Shown in pieces: positions 60,625 to 64,000 of a stretch of 64,000 nucleotides of DNA. The notes under the pieces were generated by a model. That model saw only the letters and a list, made by a program, of their open reading frames with translations, had not been told where the DNA came from and made no database searches. Source of the DNA: an uncultured Verrucomicrobiales bacterium (GTDB lineage: Bacteria; Verrucomicrobiota; Verrucomicrobiia; Verrucomicrobiales; DEV007); contig CALKOM010000022.1 in assembly GCA_938091905.1 (NCBI GenBank), forward strand, positions 1 through 64,000. Direction: 5' to 3'. Numbering within the stretch: position 1 is the first letter of the stretch; each line of letters opens with the position of its first letter. The translations under genes and the position numbers were made by a program.

Positions 60625-61674
60625 GTGAAATGGAAATGGATCGAGCTTCATAGCAAACCGTGGTTCTGGGGCAGCCTTGCTGGCCTCTTCGCATGCGTGA
60701 TTTGTGCCTGGTGGTTTATGCAACCACGAGTGCCTCGACTCACAATTTACTGCGCCCATGATTCCGTTTACTCTGCGGAGGTCTTGGAACGGTTCAGAAA
60801 AGAGACCGGGATCAAATTCGACGTTAAATATGACACCGAGGCTACCAAGTCGCTTGGCTTGGTCGAGTTGATTCTCCAAGAGAAGGACGCCCCACTCTGT
60901 GATGTCTTTTGGAACAACGAAGTGCTGGGTACGCTGCGGTTGCAAAGCGCACAAATGCTAGAGCCATACAAGAGTCCGCGTTATGCAAAAGTCCCAGATC
61001 AGTTCAAAGACGAAGCCGGATTCTGGACGGGGTTCGGTGCTCGGTTGCGTGTCTACATCACCGATCCGAGTCGTCTAGCTGCCACACAGGAGGCGATCGA
61101 TCAGCGCTTGGAGACTCCCGACCTCTCTGAAGTGACTATTGCAAAGCCTCTCTATGGAACCACGCTCACGCACTACACTGCTCTCTGGCAGTCTTGGGGA
61201 GCAGATGCGATGAAAGCATGGCACAAGAGTATCTCTGATCGGGGGATCATTGAGGTTAGTGGGAATGCGGTCACGCGAGCGATGGTTGCTGAAGGTGTTT
61301 GTGATCTCGGCTTCACCGACACCGATGACTACTTTGTCGCCAAGCAACGGAGACAGAATGTGGGAATGTTGCCTGTGCGTTTGCCTTCAAGCGAAGTGAT
61401 CTGCATTCCAAACACCGTTTGTCTAATTCGTGATAGTGATAGACCGAAGCAGGCGCGCAAGTTGATCGATTTTCTGTTGACGGCGAAGACGGAAGTAGAA
61501 CTTGCGAATTCGCAATCCAGGCAGATTCCGCTCGGGCCTGTCGATGAAACCACGCTGCCCGAAGATGTCCGGAAACTCATGCCCTTGACCAAGGAAGCGC
61601 TAGATATGTCTAGCTTGCGTGAGCATGCTGATGCTTGCTTGACGTGGTTGAAGGGAATCTACACGCACGGTTAG
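60625..61674 (+). CDS. ABC transporter substrate-binding protein (Fe3+/thiamine-type family)
   Basis: TIYCAHD, DTEATKSLGL, DVFWNNE, TDTDD and IPNT motifs. Confidence 0.82.
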   Translation: MKWKWIELHSKPWFWGSLAGLFACVICAWWFMQPRVPRLTIYCAHDSVYSAEVLERFRKETGIKFDVKYDTEATKSLGLVELILQEKDAPLCDVFWNNEVLGTLRLQSAQMLEPYKSPRYAKVPDQFKDEAGFWTGFGARLRVYITDPSRLAATQEAIDQRLETPDLSEVTIAKPLYGTTLTHYTALWQSWGADAMKAWHKSISDRGIIEVSGNAVTRAMVAEGVCDLGFTDTDDYFVAKQRRQNVGMLPVRLPSSEVICIPNTVCLIRDSDRPKQARKLIDFLLTAKTEVELANSQSRQIPLGPVDETTLPEDVRKLMPLTKEALDMSSLREHADACLTWLKGIYTHG

Positions 61675-61675
61675 T

Positions 61676-61954
61676 TTACCACTCGCCGCCGAAGAGCTGG
61701 GTCCATTGACAGGTCTGACAGTTTTTATCCTGGCACTGCGCAAAGTCTTTCTCGATAGAACCTTTAAGGAAATCACGTGCTTTTGACTTGGGCGTGGGAG
61801 GTGTTTCTACCCAATCATGTCCCACGCGGTAGCGATTGAGAGGCGTGAGATGAAGGGGCGTGTCCGTCGAACCTGTTTCTTCCTTCTTAGGAATCAATAG
61901 CAAACTTGCCAGCGCAGCTGGAGCGAGCAAGGTTAGCCAGAATCGAGGCGACAC
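61676..61954 (-). CDS. Small hypothetical exported protein with C-terminal Cys cluster
   Basis: Fills the gap exactly, starting 12 bp after the upstream stop; hydrophobic leader; CQDKNCQTC. Confidence 0.45.
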   Translation of the reverse strand: MSPRFWLTLLAPAALASLLLIPKKEETGSTDTPLHLTPLNRYRVGHDWVETPPTPKSKARDFLKGSIEKDFAQCQDKNCQTCQWTQLFGGEW

Positions 61955-61966
61955 GACTGTCGTTTC

Positions 61967-63097
61967 TCAGTTCTCTGGGAGTTCGTCGAGAGCTTTATTC
62001 GCGTCTTTCAAAGCTCGTTCTGCTTTTTCCAATTCTCGTAGAAGTTGATCAAGTTGCTCTGACTTCGGCTCGATTGGGGTCTTCGGGTTTCCAAGCCATT
62101 CAAGCACAAGGCTAGAAGGAATGGCGTAGGTCTTTACTCGACCAGAGCGTGCGATGTTAATTCCCAAGATGCGTCCTTCAAGATCCACCACGGGGCCACC
62201 CATGCGGAACGGGGCCAACCCGATATCGTGTTGCCAAACCTTGGGGTAACCCGTTCGATGCTTGCTTGTCGCTCCGCCTAGTAGGTCCATTGCGTGAGCG
62301 CGGTCAAACAGATCTCCAGCTTCTTCACGACTGCCCAGGACGACGCTCGCCTCTGCCTGTTTCCTGCCGCGTCGGTAACCTACCCGGATCGCCTTGCCTG
62401 GCTTCAGCATGCTGACATGCTCAGCGAACGTTTGAACGGTCGAGAAAGTCTTGCCATCGATGCTGAGAAGGACGTCGCTGTTTCTTAGGCCAGCTTCGGA
62501 TGCGGCACTGTCTTCTTTCACCTCCCGTATCTTCAATCCCCCTTGGAAACCGTCGATGGAGATGCCCAGGTAGCCTTGGTCTTGTCCAGAGAGATCGCGG
62601 ACGCCCACACTCACGATGCCCACACCACTGACATCACCACCAGGGCTTGGTGTGGCGATGAGACTGCCGATGATGGGAGCAGTGTTCGTGAACTCGGGCA
62701 CGCGAAGTCCTGTGCGCTTTACCCGCAGAAAGGCGACGTCATGCTTAGGAAACGAGCGCTCGATGCTGGCTCGATGGTATGTGCCATCTCTAAACTGACA
62801 GCGAACGGACCGGCCTTCGACTTCGCTAGCTTTGGTTAGGATGAGCCCGTCCTCAGAGACGACCGTGCCGAGAGCGAGTCTCTGCTCCTTCTCGAGGATC
62901 CAAACGGTACCTTTACTGGCGTCTGCAACCGTGGGCTTGAAGGCATTAAGAATTTCTAGCAGTTGCGCTTGGTTCGCTTTCTCTTCTTCGGAGGGGCGCA
63001 AGGTCAAGAGGTCAAGGAGAGAGCCTCTTTTCTCCGCCAGTGTCGCGCCGGACAATGAGATCAGCAAGAAGGCGGCGATTGTGAACGAACGTTTCAT
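61967..63097 (-). CDS. Trypsin-like/PDZ protein with degenerate catalytic motifs
   Basis: Signal peptide; GLILTKASE replaces TAAH and FRMGGP replaces GDSGGP; PDZ (GYLGI...AGLRNSDVLLSIDG) lies before the final protease strands. Confidence 0.8.
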   Translation of the reverse strand: MKRSFTIAAFLLISLSGATLAEKRGSLLDLLTLRPSEEEKANQAQLLEILNAFKPTVADASKGTVWILEKEQRLALGTVVSEDGLILTKASEVEGRSVRCQFRDGTYHRASIERSFPKHDVAFLRVKRTGLRVPEFTNTAPIIGSLIATPSPGGDVSGVGIVSVGVRDLSGQDQGYLGISIDGFQGGLKIREVKEDSAASEAGLRNSDVLLSIDGKTFSTVQTFAEHVSMLKPGKAIRVGYRRGRKQAEASVVLGSREEAGDLFDRAHAMDLLGGATSKHRTGYPKVWQHDIGLAPFRMGGPVVDLEGRILGINIARSGRVKTYAIPSSLVLEWLGNPKTPIEPKSEQLDQLLRELEKAERALKDANKALDELPEN

Positions 63098-63101
63098 GGT
63101 C

Positions 63102-64000
63102 TTAGTGATTGGGCTCGTTGAGGAAATCGCTGCGGCGTTTCAGCTTGATGGTGAGGGACTCTGTGATATCGCTAACAGCGGGTTTGACTTCTAACGTAAC
63201 CTTATCATTCGGTATTGAAATATCTGAGCCGCTGCAGAAAGCGACGCCCGGGACGACCATCGAGGATCACAATTCGATCTCCCTTAAGGATCCCCGATAT
63301 TTGTGCGGGCGAGCCCTCGACTACGGATAGGACATCTGCTGTTTCGGATTGGGGATCGATCTGGATGCCTAGGAATCCTTGCTCGCGGCGATTCCAGTCA
63401 TAGAGTCGGCCTACAACTTTGCCGCGCTGCATGAGCTTCCATTGATCTTTGAAAGCACTGATGGGGGCATGTCGGTTCTCTGATAGGCTGATGCCAATGG
63501 AAGAGTGGATGCCGATCAGGCGGCCCTGGAGGTCTAGCAAAGGTCCTCCTGAATCCCCCCCCCGACCAGGGTAGAGTCTGTGAGAAGAAATCCATTCTCT
63601 TCAAGCGAGAGCAAGCGGCCCAACCGAACCGGTGGCGTGCGGTCTTTGACGAATCCGCCAGGATGTCCCATGGCGAGGCACCATTGTCCTTGTTCCAGTG
63701 CCGTGGCGTCTCCGAGAGGCACATGCGGAAAGCTTCGGTTGTTGACCTCAACTTGAATCATACCGGCATCGAGTGAGCGATAAGCGCCCAAGGTCTTTCC
63801 TGGTAGGCGTTCACCCCCGAGCATGATCACGGTGATGTCGCGGTCGCTTTCACCGCTGACGTGGGCAGCGGTCAGAATGAGTCCGTCTGCGCTGACAATC
63901 ACGCCGCTACCAGATCCGTCACCTGCATTGGGAAACTCAATCCCACGACGGAAGGCATGGCGGTGCGGATGGTCGTTCGCATCTGCTCCTGGCGCTTGCG
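63102..64000 (-). pseudogene. HtrA-like serine protease + PDZ, frameshifted (pseudogene or assembly error), 5' end outside window
   Basis: GSGVIV...LTAAHV, DAG and GHPGG motifs; GGDSGGP is split by a G9 run at ~63555-63563; further frameshifts near 63940 and 63210; restored C-terminus ...KRRSDFLNEPNH* ends at 63102. Confidence 0.8.

Noticed and set aside
63555..63563. G9 tract in the protease active-site codons as a phase-variation switch
   Set aside because: Two more indels occur in the same gene within 900 bp of the window end, so assembly error or decay is more parsimonious without reads.
1..64000. Numerous 60-240 aa antisense or overlapping ORFs in the track; CRISPR, tRNA and rRNA
   Set aside because: The short ORFs are shadows of well-supported genes in GC-rich DNA. 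No spaced direct-repeat array or structural RNA signature was seen by eye.

Overview
Gene-dense 64 kb chromosomal segment, most likely from a PVC-superphylum bacterium, probably Verrucomicrobiota. This is inferred from a DUF1501 protein, PVC-type CxxCH heme proteins, a DUF1080-type domain and a large LamG surface protein. The stand-out feature is a compact four-gene biosynthetic cluster (9739-18450): a one-module type I PKS (KS-AT-KR-carrier-TE), a fatty acyl-AMP ligase, a free ACP and a cytochrome P450. It resembles a split olefin-synthase system lacking the sulfotransferase. Its thioesterase has Cys rather than Ser at the nucleophile position, which raises the hypothesis of beta-lactone or other cyclised lipid formation. 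A 163-bp MITE-like element with a 5-bp target duplication lies just upstream of the PKS. Other content includes an IS3-like end beside a BVMO/SDR/enoyl-reductase operon, three decayed pseudogenes, carbohydrate genes (GH32, epimerase, two sugar-acid dehydratases, SSS transporter) and a MocR-regulated cassette. It also carries thiH-thiS, a glucosylglycerate-type compatible-solute cluster, and an HtrA-like protease plus pseudo-protease pair with frameshifts at the window end. No rRNA, tRNA or CRISPR array was recognised. All calls come from motif reading, not database searches.
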